A stretch of 64,000 bases of DNA, taken from assembly GCA_001787535.1 (NCBI GenBank), contig MFXP01000015.1:22549-86548 (forward strand), written 5' to 3'. Within the stretch, counting starts at the first letter, position 1; every line of letters begins with the position of its first letter. A program made the translations under genes and the position numbers. Below, piece by piece: positions 18,730 through 29,060 of this stretch. The notes under the pieces were generated by a model. That model was not told where the DNA came from. It was given only the letters and a program-made list of their open reading frames with translations, and searched no databases. The stretch is from Candidatus Peribacteria bacterium RIFCSPHIGHO2_01_FULL_51_35 (GTDB taxonomy: Bacteria; Patescibacteriota; Gracilibacteria; Peribacterales; Peribacteraceae).

Positions 18730-19567
18730 CACCCACGCCAAGTTCGGCGAAGCGATCATGCATCTTGCAAAAAGATGCAAGACACAAGACACAAGATACA
18801 AACGATTATTTCTTGCGTCTTGTATCTTGTGTCTTAACGTTGGAGTAGTTGCAATAGCCATCGGCACATTTGCAATAATGCATTCGAATGCGAATGCTCA
18901 AAACACCGATCGTGCGGAACCCGTGCTGGCCGCATGTTCCGGCTCCTCCATCGTATTTCCCAAGAATCGTTTCATCTTCCTCACGAATCCCGTGGAACGC
19001 TTGCGCAGGGACTACCACGCAACCGTGGAAAAAGTCATCACCGCGCACATGGAAGAGCGCACGATTGTCTGCACGGAAGGCGTGCGCGAAGTGCCTACAG
19101 AGGCATTGAATGATCTTGCAGAGAGACTGCCGCCGTGGCGTTCTCCCATTCGCTCCGCCGGTCTTCGTGAATCCGATATCAGCGCCGTGCTGCTGGAATA
19201 CGTGCGCGTCTATGAATGCGCCCTGAAGGAACATGAGTATTTCGGCGCAACGCGCGTCGCGAAGGATACGGAAGATGGCGCGGGCATCTTCAATATCTTC
19301 AGGTTCTTGAATACGTCCGCCGAGCGCACGGATTTGATCCGTAAAGAATTGATCTTCGCTCGGCGCGCACTGGAACGCACGCTTGCGCTCCTCGGCGGCA
19401 TGGATCGCTTGCGCCCGGTGGATGCGAGCTTGGAATGTTTACAGCTCTCATCCTTTGAGATTCGAAACCTCGTTGCTCTCGCAGCGGACGCGGCGTCCTG
19501 CATACCGCGCGCACTGGATGCAAAAACCTCCCTCCGCGACATCTCCGCAGATCCTCCCGTAGAATGA
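18722..19567 (+). CDS. Secreted hypothetical protein (start 18722 or 18758)
   Basis: Hydrophobic segment ending ANA; overlaps neighbours. Confidence 0.8.
   Translation: MNNTHAKFGEAIMHLAKRCKTQDTRYKRLFLASCILCLNVGVVAIAIGTFAIMHSNANAQNTDRAEPVLAACSGSSIVFPKNRFIFLTNPVERLRRDYHATVEKVITAHMEERTIVCTEGVREVPTEALNDLAERLPPWRSPIRSAGLRESDISAVLLEYVRVYECALKEHEYFGATRVAKDTEDGAGIFNIFRFLNTSAERTDLIRKELIFARRALERTLALLGGMDRLRPVDASLECLQLSSFEIRNLVALAADAASCIPRALDAKTSLRDISADPPVE
18772..18836. repeat. Inverted heptamer array (AAGACAC)n..(GTGTCTT)n, gene-less
   Basis: Same unit as 10795-10852 and the 37166/37583 arms. Confidence 0.9.
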
Positions 19568-22023
19568 AACGCCTGCTTGCCACCGTCGGCATCTTTACGC
19601 TGCTGCCATCCTCTGCGTTGGCAGCTGCTCCGTCTCTGTACGATGCCGCGCAGGAAATGGTCAGGAAGGAATTGATGTTGGATGAAAACTTGGAGCCGCA
19701 CGCGGATGAAGACGTCGCACGTTTCGCATCGGAACTGATTCCGAAAGGAGATCCTCCGTGGAAGAAAGAAGAGATGGATGACGTGCTGCGAAAAAAATTC
19801 GAGACGCTCTGCGGCAAAACACCCGATCATCCCTCCGTGGATATCGGCCGCTGCGCGGAATTAATGGAAAATGTGACGAACACGATGCGCAAGGAAGAGA
19901 CACTCCGCGCGCTTGGACGCGAACTCCAAGGTATTGCGAGCAGCTACGAACTCGCCATCGACGGGTACCCCGGCAGGGAAACGACACTCCCTTCACGGTA
20001 TGCAAGTTTGACACTGCTCTGGCAAGCGGGGCAGAAGAAGGGCGATGAACCGGGCAAGACGCGCATCCGCATGTTCACGCTGCCGAAGGACGATGCTTGG
20101 AAGAAAAACGTGAGTGCCATCGAAGACATGGTCGGACAGCTCTCGGGCGAGGAACGCACGGGCGCCGTCTGGCGCTATCAACATGGTGTGCGCTACGTCC
20201 AAGGCAAGCGCGGGGATTTTCCGCTCCCGAAAGAGACTGACCCCGCCGTCAACGGCCCCGGCACCGAACGTCAGTATCTTTCCAAGCGATGGGATGGGAC
20301 CACGGATGAGCATAACCTTGAAGCGGTGCTCACGACGGCATGGGAGACGTTGCTCACACATCTCGCAACAATGGACGCGCCGCTCCAACGAGGAGATGTG
20401 GTCTTCTTCCCCGCGATTCCATTGGGAGATGTCATCGGGTGGGCGTACGTCGAAACGTGCAAGGACGCAAAGAATCAAACATTCAACTGCGTCTTGGCGC
20501 GTGTCGGCAATGCGCAAATCGCCGTGACGGGAGACATTGGTCTACAGTGGAGTACGCCGTTGGATCCCGTTCAACCGGGACTGATTACAGATCCCGAGAG
20601 TGCGTGTGAGGAAGGGGATCCTGACTGTCCCGCCATTCTCGGTGGGCTGTATCCGCCGCCGCCCGAAGACGGCTCCGGTCTCTGCACGTTCCCGTTTGCC
20701 AGAGCCGGCTACCTCTGCCGTCCCCTGGAAGGAGAAAATGTGAAAGCCTGCGAGAATGCGATTGAACGCACTGCCGCGGACGAAGACAAGATTATCCTGA
20801 CGGAATGCATCTCCGGCGTCCGGCACGAAACCGAGCAAGGACCCAATGTCTGCCGCGATGTCCTGTGGCAATCCTCGCCGACCACGGCTGCCTGCGAAGC
20901 GAGTGATGTGGAAATCTCCTGCGGCCCCTGCGAGAGCATCGCATTCGCTTCCAAGCGCGAAGCGGGGCACGTGAAAGTCTGTCTGCAGGATAACTTCCTG
21001 CACAAAGGTGAGCCCGTCGACGCAAAGTACTTCCTGATGCACGAACTGGTGCATGCACAGGAACTCGTGACGCGCGAGACGCTCTTCTATGCCAACGCCG
21101 CGCAGTGCTGCGCCAAGGAGAAGGAAGCGAACCGCTTCATGTGCGAAGCCATGCAGAAGGACGGCGTGTTCGAGGGAACGTCCATGACCGCGGAAACGTG
21201 TGCGCAGACCACGACGAACGGAAGCTGTGTCGGCTTCGGCGAAAACGTCTGCTTCCCGAAGACGCCGGATTCGTTCTCTGTGATTCTCGATCAACTGCAA
21301 AAAACGGACGATGTGAAAGGATGCACGCCGGGCGTGCCGCCCGATCTTTCTGACCCGCGCATCCAGGCTCTCCTCCACGGCACGCGACAACTGAGTCGGG
21401 CGCAATGTGAGACGACGTACGCAAACACCATCGGCAACAACATGTGCTACATCGGCCAGATGATGGAAGAGAGCATGGAACAGCATCGACTCATTCCCGG
21501 ACGCACGCCATTTACGACGGGAGATGAACAGTATCCGTGGGATGCCTGCGCTACGCCGGATCCCATGCTCGCAACGTTCATGACCCCGCCACCGCGCACG
21601 CTCTCTGTCCTGCCCGTGTATAACCCGGCCGCCCTGATTAAGGAATTCGATGAAGCACTCTGCCAACTCAACGGACTTCCCGCGCACAGTCTCCCCGTGG
21701 AATGTGCGACGGATGCCAGCAGACGACTTTCCGCCATTCTTTCAGACTATCTGCAGAACGCAACGTCGCTCATCGACCAGGCTGCCGACCAAGAGAGCAC
21801 CGTCGATCGCTTGCAAGCGCTCTCGACAAGCGTCGGCACGCGTCTCGGCACCATGTTCTACGTTCGCTACTTGAAACAAGCCAGTCGCGCCCTCACTGAA
21901 GTGACGCAGACGGCAAGCGAACTCCTGGAAGACTTGAGCGGCGTCACCTTCACACAAGATTCCTGCCCGCGCAATGGAGCAACCAACAAGTTGATTGATC
22001 ATCCGTCGTGTCCCGTCCTATGA
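19564..22023 (+). CDS. Cys-rich secreted protein with HExxH zinc-metallopeptidase motif
   Basis: Signal peptide MKRLLATVG..ALA; FLMHELVHAQE..CCAKEKEAN. Confidence 0.85.
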   Translation: MKRLLATVGIFTLLPSSALAAAPSLYDAAQEMVRKELMLDENLEPHADEDVARFASELIPKGDPPWKKEEMDDVLRKKFETLCGKTPDHPSVDIGRCAELMENVTNTMRKEETLRALGRELQGIASSYELAIDGYPGRETTLPSRYASLTLLWQAGQKKGDEPGKTRIRMFTLPKDDAWKKNVSAIEDMVGQLSGEERTGAVWRYQHGVRYVQGKRGDFPLPKETDPAVNGPGTERQYLSKRWDGTTDEHNLEAVLTTAWETLLTHLATMDAPLQRGDVVFFPAIPLGDVIGWAYVETCKDAKNQTFNCVLARVGNAQIAVTGDIGLQWSTPLDPVQPGLITDPESACEEGDPDCPAILGGLYPPPPEDGSGLCTFPFARAGYLCRPLEGENVKACENAIERTAADEDKIILTECISGVRHETEQGPNVCRDVLWQSSPTTAACEASDVEISCGPCESIAFASKREAGHVKVCLQDNFLHKGEPVDAKYFLMHELVHAQELVTRETLFYANAAQCCAKEKEANRFMCEAMQKDGVFEGTSMTAETCAQTTTNGSCVGFGENVCFPKTPDSFSVILDQLQKTDDVKGCTPGVPPDLSDPRIQALLHGTRQLSRAQCETTYANTIGNNMCYIGQMMEESMEQHRLIPGRTPFTTGDEQYPWDACATPDPMLATFMTPPPRTLSVLPVYNPAALIKEFDEALCQLNGLPAHSLPVECATDASRRLSAILSDYLQNATSLIDQAADQESTVDRLQALSTSVGTRLGTMFYVRYLKQASRALTEVTQTASELLEDLSGVTFTQDSCPRNGATNKLIDHPSCPVL

Positions 22024-23396
22024 AGCGTCTTGCTTTCGTCATCGGCTTCGTTCTTCTGCTCGCTCCAAACGTGACGCATGCGCAATCCGCAGTGAGTCCG
22101 TACATGCAACGCGTCATCACGCGTGCGGAAGCAGGCATCGCGTTTGCGAAGGAGAGCGGCTCCTTGGAGGCGGCCGTTACATTTTTCCTTCCGTCTTTCC
22201 GGCCGTTCATGGAAATGGCAGGCTCCACCGTGCTCGGCCTCATCGATACGAAGCAGCGCATCATCGCGATGGAAAAGGATCTCACCGAAAATACCGCCTG
22301 TCTGCACATCGATCTCTTCCTGCTGGAAATGGAGATCAAGCGTGTGCAGGAAGCCGTGAATGACGAAGCGAAGAAAGGAAACGTGCTCGGCGTCCTGCGG
22401 CTCCAAGACATCCTCCTCTTCTTGGACGAGCGACTGGACATCGTGCTCCGTGGAAGCAGAGATCCCACGATTCAGGATGGAACGTGGACAAAGAAACGCA
22501 TGTTCGACCGTCCGGGAACGGATACGGCCGGATCCATCTGTCCATTCCACACCGATTACCTCCCTCCGAGCATCGCCTCGGGGTACGGCTGCGATGCCGA
22601 GAAACTCCAATCCATTGTCGAAGCGTTGGAATCACCGCTGAAGGAAACCGTTGTCGCGGAAACCTTGGCTGCAACGGACATTGCGTCGGTGCTCAGAAAA
22701 TACGTACAGGAAGCCCAAGCGCTCCTCTCACTGGAGCAACGTATCAATCGGCTTTTGGGACGCTCGACAGACACTATCGTCTCTTCCACGGAAATTCCCG
22801 CACATCGCACCGTGACAGGATGCCCTGTGGAGTGGCCGGAGGATGCGGACAGAAACAAGGATAGTTGGCCGGATGACGCGCTGGCATGGGAACTTCGCCA
22901 TATGCGTTTTGAACGTGATGAGCGAAAAATCATGCATGCGTTCCAGGAACTCCGCGTGACGCAATCTGCCGCACGTCCCGTATCCGACGCGTTCCGGAGT
23001 GAATCACAAAATCCTCTGGAAGACACATTGAACGCCCAAGGCGCGCGCACATTCTCCGCCTTCAGCAGGAAACAAGGACTTCGCGAGAGTGAAATCTTTG
23101 CGCAATCGGCGGACACGCACCTTGCGATTTCGGATTCCATCGGCACGTTGAAAAAATCCATCGGCGTCATTGCGCAGCTCGCCAAGAACCGAGACAAGCT
23201 CCGCGGGTTCGTCCGCGACTTCGCCTATTACCTGCGCCGCACGTGCATCGACCGTCCGTGCAACGCACGTTTGGATCAAATCCTCAAAATCGTCTTCCAG
23301 GATGACTGCTTCCCCTACACGAACGGCGAATACTTGGATGGCAAGAGTTACGAGCAGTGCAAAGCGGCTGCGGGGCTGGAGGAGGTGAAGCCTTAA
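22020..23396 (+). CDS. Secreted hypothetical protein
   Basis: MKRLAFVIG..THA signal peptide; ATGA overlap. Confidence 0.85.
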   Translation: MKRLAFVIGFVLLLAPNVTHAQSAVSPYMQRVITRAEAGIAFAKESGSLEAAVTFFLPSFRPFMEMAGSTVLGLIDTKQRIIAMEKDLTENTACLHIDLFLLEMEIKRVQEAVNDEAKKGNVLGVLRLQDILLFLDERLDIVLRGSRDPTIQDGTWTKKRMFDRPGTDTAGSICPFHTDYLPPSIASGYGCDAEKLQSIVEALESPLKETVVAETLAATDIASVLRKYVQEAQALLSLEQRINRLLGRSTDTIVSSTEIPAHRTVTGCPVEWPEDADRNKDSWPDDALAWELRHMRFERDERKIMHAFQELRVTQSAARPVSDAFRSESQNPLEDTLNAQGARTFSAFSRKQGLRESEIFAQSADTHLAISDSIGTLKKSIGVIAQLAKNRDKLRGFVRDFAYYLRRTCIDRPCNARLDQILKIVFQDDCFPYTNGEYLDGKSYEQCKAAAGLEEVKP

Positions 23397-23400
23397 AGCA

Positions 23401-23697
23401 CTACAGCACGCTGTTTGTCTTTTCCATTAATTCGCAAAAATCTTTATGGTCTTTATCGAAACCAAACAGGCCATGTTTTTCGCCATAGTATGCGTTATGT
23501 AATTCCTGAGCCGTTGCCCGTATTGTAGCGAGAATCTCCGAATCGATAACTGCTTCCTTTTTCAGGACGTTTCTTCGGACAAACTGATGAACAGCCCTCA
23601 TTCCGAAGATGATATCGGGATCAGCATTTTTTTCCTTTCTTTGGGCCAGCAAGGAATCCCATATATTTTGAACGGTCATTTCAGGGCTTTTTGCCAT
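23401..23697 (-). CDS. Hypothetical protein
   Basis: 98-aa ORF from MAKSPEM in AT-richer gap. Confidence 0.55.
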   Translation of the reverse strand: MAKSPEMTVQNIWDSLLAQRKEKNADPDIIFGMRAVHQFVRRNVLKKEAVIDSEILATIRATAQELHNAYYGEKHGLFGFDKDHKDFCELMEKTNSVL

Positions 23698-23829
23698 AAA
23701 AAGAAGGAGAACAAGAAAAGGTGGAATCGTAATTTGATAGGAACAAGGAGTCAATATATTGCAAAACAGATGCCTTATTTCCCCTAAGACATGCGAATCC
23801 AGACCTTTTTCGTATGCTATCCTCTTTCT

Positions 23830-26800
23830 ATGAAACCCGAGGACTTTGTCCATCTCCACTGCCACTCCACCTACTCGCTGCTGGAAGCTCTCCCGAGTCC
23901 GGCGGAGATTGTTGCGCGTGCGAAGGAGCTCAAACAAACCGCAGTCGGCATCGCGGATAAAGGATACGGATACGGACTCATCGAGTTCTATCAAGCCGCC
24001 GAGAAAGAAGGAATGAAACCGATTCTCGGAATGGATGTGTATGTCGCAGCGCGCAAGCGCACGGATAAAGAGAGCGGCGTGGATACGAAACGGTTCCCGC
24101 TGACGCTGTTCGCGGAAACACAGGAGGGTTACGAAAATTTATTGAAGCTTGCGACACTCGCGGCGTTGGAAGGCATGTACTACAAGCCGCGTGTGGACGG
24201 CGAACTCCTTTCCAAATACGGAAAAGGATTGATCGCACTCACGGGGCCCATCAGTGGAGCCATTCCGCAGGCGGCATTGGCGGAAGATGGAAAGAGGATC
24301 CAGGCGCTCACGGAAGAATATCAATCGTACTTCGGAAAAAAGAATGTGTACTTTGAATTGATGGACTTGCCGAACGTCACGGGACAGGCGGAAGTGAATC
24401 AGCAGCTCATCAAATACGCGAAGGAGCTGAATGTGCCGCTCGTCGCGACGTGCAACAGTCACTACTGCCGCACGGAAGATTCGGAAGCGCATGACGTACT
24501 CCTCTGCATCCAAAAAAATGCGAATGTCAGTGATCCCGGAAGATTTTCCATGCGCGATTCGGATTTCTCCATGCGCCCGTTCGAAGAAATGGAGGAAGCA
24601 TTCGCGCACGTGCCGGAAGCAATGGCAAATACGCGCGTGATTGCGGACAGGTGCACTGTTTCTTTTCAGTTCGGCAAGAATCAGTTGCTGAAATTCCCCG
24701 TGCCAAACAAAGAATCGGAAGATGTCTACCTCACACGTTTGTGTGAAGAAGGATTCCGCGATCGATATCCTTCGCCGACCAAGGAACATACTGATCGATT
24801 GGCATATGAGTTGGATATTGTGAAGCAAACGGGTTTTGCCGGATACTTCTTAATCGTCGCGGACTTCATTAATGAAGCGAAACGACGCGGTATTGCCGTC
24901 GGCCCCGGACGCGGCTCCGCTGCAGGATCCATCGTGAGCTACAGCCTTGGCATCACGACGTTGGATCCTCTGGCGCACGGGCTTCTGTTCGAACGCTTCT
25001 TGAATCCGGAACGCATCACCATGCCGGACTTTGATATCGACTTTGCCGACACGCGACGCGATGAAGTACTCAACTACGTGCGCGAAAAATACGGCCGTGA
25101 CCGTGTCATCCAGATCTGCACATTTGGAACACTCGCTGCACGCGCTGCGGTGAAAGATGTGGGGCGCGCGTACGGCGTGCCGTTTTTAGAGATGAACAAC
25201 TTGGCAAAATTGATTCTGGATCGTCCCGGGACAAAGCTCAAAGACGCGCTTGCCACGGACGAACTCAAGGCTGCGTACGACCAGAACGAGATGTACCGGA
25301 AGATCATCGACACGGCGCTGAAGTTGGAAGGAAAAGCGCGGCACGTGTCCGTGCACGCCTGCGGCGTCATCATCACGGAGAAGCCGGCAGAGAATTACAC
25401 GCCGCTGCAACGTGCACCGAAAGACGACGAGACGATTATCACACAATATTCGGCAAAGCCATTGGAGGCACTGGGGCTCCTGAAGATCGACTTTCTTGGT
25501 CTTATGAACTTAACGGTGATCCAAACCACGCTTTTGATCATCGAGCGTTTGCACGGAACGAAGATCGACCTCGCGAAGATTCCGACGGAGGACAAAGAGA
25601 CGTTTCGGCTGCTGCAGCACGGCGACACGACAGGCGTGTTCCAGTTGGAATCCGTAGGGATGCGCAGGTACTTGAAACAATTGAAGCCGACCGTCTTCGG
25701 CGACATCACGGCGATGGTGTCTCTGTACCGTCCCGGCCCGATGGAGTGGATCCCGAGTTTCATCAAACGCAAGCACGGCACGGAAAAAGTCCGCTATGCG
25801 CATGATGACCTGAAAGCGATCTTGGAACCGACATACGGCATAGGCGTGTACCAAGAACAGGTGCTGCAGATGGCGCAGGTATTCGCCGGATTCTCGCTGG
25901 GCGAAGCCGATCTTCTGCGTCGCGCCATCGGCAAGAAGATCAAAAAGGAACTGATGGCACAGCGGGAGAAATTCATAGCTGGTGCCGTGAAGAAAAAGTA
26001 TTCCAAGGAACTTGCCGAGGAAATTTTCGATGATGTCATCACGCCGTTCGCGGGATACGGTTTCAACAAATCGCATGCGACGGGCTACGCGCGCCTGGCA
26101 TATGAAACGGCGTACTTAAAGGCGCACTACCCGACGGAATTCATGGCGGCGCTCCTCAGCAGCGACGCAGAACGCACCGACCGCGTGATGATCGAAATAG
26201 AGGAATGCCGGGCGATGGGCATCACCGTGTTGCCCCCCGACATCAATGAGTCGCTCCGCCATTTCACTGCGATTGGCGGGACAAAAGAAATTCGTTTCGG
26301 CCTCACTGCCATCAAAGGCATTGGCGACAGCTCCGTGCTCGCCATTATTGCAGCGCGGGAAACGGGCGGACCGTTCACGTCGCTGGAAGATTTTGCTCGC
26401 CGCCTCCCGACAAAGGTTCTCAACAAAAAATTGCTGGAGGCGTTGGCAAAATCCGGCGCACTGGATTCGCTGGGCGAGCGCAGGAAAATCTTGGAGCACT
26501 ACGACGCCATCATTGATTTCAAAAAATCCACAGGTGACACGGACGGCGGGCAAACGGATCTGTTTGGGACGCTGGACGGCGGCATGGCAAAAAGCATGAT
26601 CGAATTTCCGCCGACGTCTGCGGCAAGTCCGCTGGAAAAACTTAAGTGGGAGCGCGAAGCATTGGGCATGTACGTCTCCAGCCACCCGCTGGCCGGACTC
26701 CGGAAGTACGTGGGCAAAAAAGCGCAGCTGGTTGCGAACCTGACGCACAAGGACGCGGGGAAAATCGTCACAATTGCGGGTATAGAGGAAGGGATAAAGA

Positions 26801-27561
26801 AACTGACGACCAAGAAAGGGGAAACCATGGCCATCGTGCAGCTGGAAGATCCGACCGGAAAAATAGAAGTAACACTCTTCCCTCAAACCTACGCGGACGC
26901 GGCACAGATTCTTGGGTTGCCGGACACCGTCCTCGTTGTGAAAGGGACATTGGACGTACGCGCAGGGCAACTCCAAGTGCGTGCCAACGCCATCAAGAAA
27001 GCGTCGCTCGCAACCATGATCCAACATGCGAAGGAGGAAGGATTTTTCGACGAGGAAGAAGCGAAACACGGCCTTGCGATGGTGCGCAGAGACGAGGACA
27101 GCGACACGGTCGATCTGGTCGACGAAGAAGGAAATGTCATCGCAGGAGAAACGGTGAAACTCGGTGGCGCGGCCGAAGACACGAGTGATGAATTTTACGG
27201 ACCACTCGGGAAGTGGATCTTCATGGGCATGAAAACGGACGAAGTACTCAAAATTCTGGGCTTAGGAAAGCCAGAAAAGGAGGATGAGGATTCCGGACGC
27301 GCTCCTGTTGTTTCCGCTGCGCCGAAAACGTCCCCCACGAGCATTTCCATCCATACGATCCCGTTACCGGCACAAGCCCCCAAAAAGCTGCTCCTCGACC
27401 TCAAAAAAGTGCTGGAAACGTTCCCGGGAAAGGAAAAAATACAACTACGGATCGGTGAGCAGCTCATTCCTCTCCCACTAACCGTCAGTATGTCCACAAT
27501 TCTGGAGAAAAAGGTGGAAGAAGTGTTGCAAAAGTACGAGAATGAGAAGGTCGTGTTGTAA
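23830..27561 (+). CDS. dnaE: DNA polymerase III alpha subunit
   Basis: HLHCHSTYS PHP, GPGRGSAAGS, MPDFDIDF, YGFNKSHA, OB fold. Confidence 0.98.
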   Translation: MKPEDFVHLHCHSTYSLLEALPSPAEIVARAKELKQTAVGIADKGYGYGLIEFYQAAEKEGMKPILGMDVYVAARKRTDKESGVDTKRFPLTLFAETQEGYENLLKLATLAALEGMYYKPRVDGELLSKYGKGLIALTGPISGAIPQAALAEDGKRIQALTEEYQSYFGKKNVYFELMDLPNVTGQAEVNQQLIKYAKELNVPLVATCNSHYCRTEDSEAHDVLLCIQKNANVSDPGRFSMRDSDFSMRPFEEMEEAFAHVPEAMANTRVIADRCTVSFQFGKNQLLKFPVPNKESEDVYLTRLCEEGFRDRYPSPTKEHTDRLAYELDIVKQTGFAGYFLIVADFINEAKRRGIAVGPGRGSAAGSIVSYSLGITTLDPLAHGLLFERFLNPERITMPDFDIDFADTRRDEVLNYVREKYGRDRVIQICTFGTLAARAAVKDVGRAYGVPFLEMNNLAKLILDRPGTKLKDALATDELKAAYDQNEMYRKIIDTALKLEGKARHVSVHACGVIITEKPAENYTPLQRAPKDDETIITQYSAKPLEALGLLKIDFLGLMNLTVIQTTLLIIERLHGTKIDLAKIPTEDKETFRLLQHGDTTGVFQLESVGMRRYLKQLKPTVFGDITAMVSLYRPGPMEWIPSFIKRKHGTEKVRYAHDDLKAILEPTYGIGVYQEQVLQMAQVFAGFSLGEADLLRRAIGKKIKKELMAQREKFIAGAVKKKYSKELAEEIFDDVITPFAGYGFNKSHATGYARLAYETAYLKAHYPTEFMAALLSSDAERTDRVMIEIEECRAMGITVLPPDINESLRHFTAIGGTKEIRFGLTAIKGIGDSSVLAIIAARETGGPFTSLEDFARRLPTKVLNKKLLEALAKSGALDSLGERRKILEHYDAIIDFKKSTGDTDGGQTDLFGTLDGGMAKSMIEFPPTSAASPLEKLKWEREALGMYVSSHPLAGLRKYVGKKAQLVANLTHKDAGKIVTIAGIEEGIKKLTTKKGETMAIVQLEDPTGKIEVTLFPQTYADAAQILGLPDTVLVVKGTLDVRAGQLQVRANAIKKASLATMIQHAKEEGFFDEEEAKHGLAMVRRDEDSDTVDLVDEEGNVIAGETVKLGGAAEDTSDEFYGPLGKWIFMGMKTDEVLKILGLGKPEKEDEDSGRAPVVSAAPKTSPTSISIHTIPLPAQAPKKLLLDLKKVLETFPGKEKIQLRIGEQLIPLPLTVSMSTILEKKVEEVLQKYENEKVVL

Positions 27562-27563
27562 AT

Positions 27564-28172
27564 ATGAAGATACTTCCCGCCAATGCACAGGGCATGGAGG
27601 AAGCACTACGCGTCGTTCGGAACGGCGGCCTGGTCGTGCATGCCACGGAGACGTGTTACGGTTTCGCATGTGATCTGACGAATCCGGATGCCGTGGCAAA
27701 GCTCTTTGCCATCAAGCAACGACCGGCACACCAGCCCGTGAGCACCCTTTTCTTTTCCGTAGATGAAGCAAAAAAATGGGTGGCATGGAATAACCGCGCG
27801 GAAGAGTTGGCAAAGGAACATCTCCCCGGTCCGCTCACGATCATTTTGCCGTTGCGGAAAGACGTCATCGGGAAAATTTTTCCAACTGCGACCGTGCCCA
27901 CGCAAACGCTGGGCATCCGCGTCTCTTCTCACCCTGTCGCGCAAGAACTGGCGGAGGAATTCGGCAAACCACTGAGCACCACGTCTGCGAATCTTCATGG
28001 AGAAGAGAATCCGTACAGCATGGAAGATCTTCAAAAACAATTTTCGGATGATGCCGGTTCTGATTTTTTACTTCTCGATTCCGGGACGCTTAAAAAAAAT
28101 CCTCCGTCCACCGTTATTGATCTTTCCGGCGATGAGCAAACATTTAGACGGTTGGGATCGACAAAACCCTGA
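27564..28172 (+). CDS. tsaC: L-threonylcarbamoyladenylate synthase (Sua5/YrdC)
   Basis: TETCYG, KQRP, PGPLT, STTSAN, PSTVID. Confidence 0.93.
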   Translation: MKILPANAQGMEEALRVVRNGGLVVHATETCYGFACDLTNPDAVAKLFAIKQRPAHQPVSTLFFSVDEAKKWVAWNNRAEELAKEHLPGPLTIILPLRKDVIGKIFPTATVPTQTLGIRVSSHPVAQELAEEFGKPLSTTSANLHGEENPYSMEDLQKQFSDDAGSDFLLLDSGTLKKNPPSTVIDLSGDEQTFRRLGSTKP

Positions 28173-28305
28173 GAGTTGCTCGCTTCCTGGGCATTCAAAC
28201 TTTTTCGTCGCGAATCCAAGCCAAAAAAATTGATGTGTGTGTCTCAACCCTTGCTTTCCTGAGCACACCTCTCTACAAGCGGCTCAATTTTCCCCAATAA
28301 ATCTT

Positions 28306-28479
28306 ATGGCTACAGCAACAACAGAAAAATTCCCGCAGCAGGATGTCGAACTCACATCCGCTCCGGAATCCACAGATCAAAAAGCTGAGACAGAGAGGCA
28401 AATCGCAATCTCATTGCAGTTGGAGAGATCAGACTCCGCAGCACACCTTGGCAAAACGCTGAAGGGGCTCAATAAGTGA
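28306..28479 (+). CDS. Small hypothetical protein
   Basis: 57-aa ORF MATATTEKFPQQ in intergenic gap. Confidence 0.4.
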   Translation: MATATTEKFPQQDVELTSAPESTDQKAETERQIAISLQLERSDSAAHLGKTLKGLNK

Positions 28480-28540
28480 TATCTTTCTAAGGGTCAATTT
28501 CGCCAGACATGGACGATTTTTTCCCTTAGAATAGGGCTGA

Positions 28541-28987
28541 ATGCATTGTCCACGCTGCAAATCTCCGGATACCGGTGTCATCGATTCCCGCCTCACAGAG
28601 GAAGGGCGTGCCGTGCGCCGGAGGCGCGAGTGCACGAAGTGCGACCACCGATTCACGACGTTCGAGCGGCAGGAGCTCTCGAACTTAATTGTCGTGAAAC
28701 GAGACGGCACGCGCGAACCATACAGCCGCACCAAACTGGAGCGCGGCATTTGGATCGCGTGCACCAAGCGTCCCGTGACACAGGATCAAATTGATAAATT
28801 ACTGACGAAGCTGGAAGAGAAGTGGGGTGCGAATAAACAGGAAGTGGCCAGCGGCACCATCGGCATGGACGTGATGAAGGAGCTGAAGAAACTGGACCAA
28901 GTGGCGTACATCCGCTTCGCTTCCGTGCACCGGGAGTTCAAAGATGTGGATGAGTTTAAACAAGAGTTGGGGAAGCTCTTTCGATAG
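28541..28987 (+). CDS. nrdR: Transcriptional repressor NrdR
   Basis: CPRC..VIDSR..RRRRECTKC..RFTTFE, ATP cone, VAYIRFASV. Confidence 0.97.
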   Translation: MHCPRCKSPDTGVIDSRLTEEGRAVRRRRECTKCDHRFTTFERQELSNLIVVKRDGTREPYSRTKLERGIWIACTKRPVTQDQIDKLLTKLEEKWGANKQEVASGTIGMDVMKELKKLDQVAYIRFASVHREFKDVDEFKQELGKLFR

Positions 28988-29060
28988 GCTGTGTTACTGA
29001 TTCCCCCAATGATTACTATGTGGCGGCATTGTATTTATTGTTTGGCGCGCCGATATCAGA

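Noticed and set aside
14840..23396. Prophage or conjugative island
   Set aside because: No integrase, terminase, relaxase or VirB4-like ATPase, no att repeats seen, and composition looks host-like.
14861..27069. Long antisense ORFs (e.g. 14861-15976, 20542-21687, 26116-27069)
   Set aside because: Shadow frames of GC-rich genes with no recognisable motifs.
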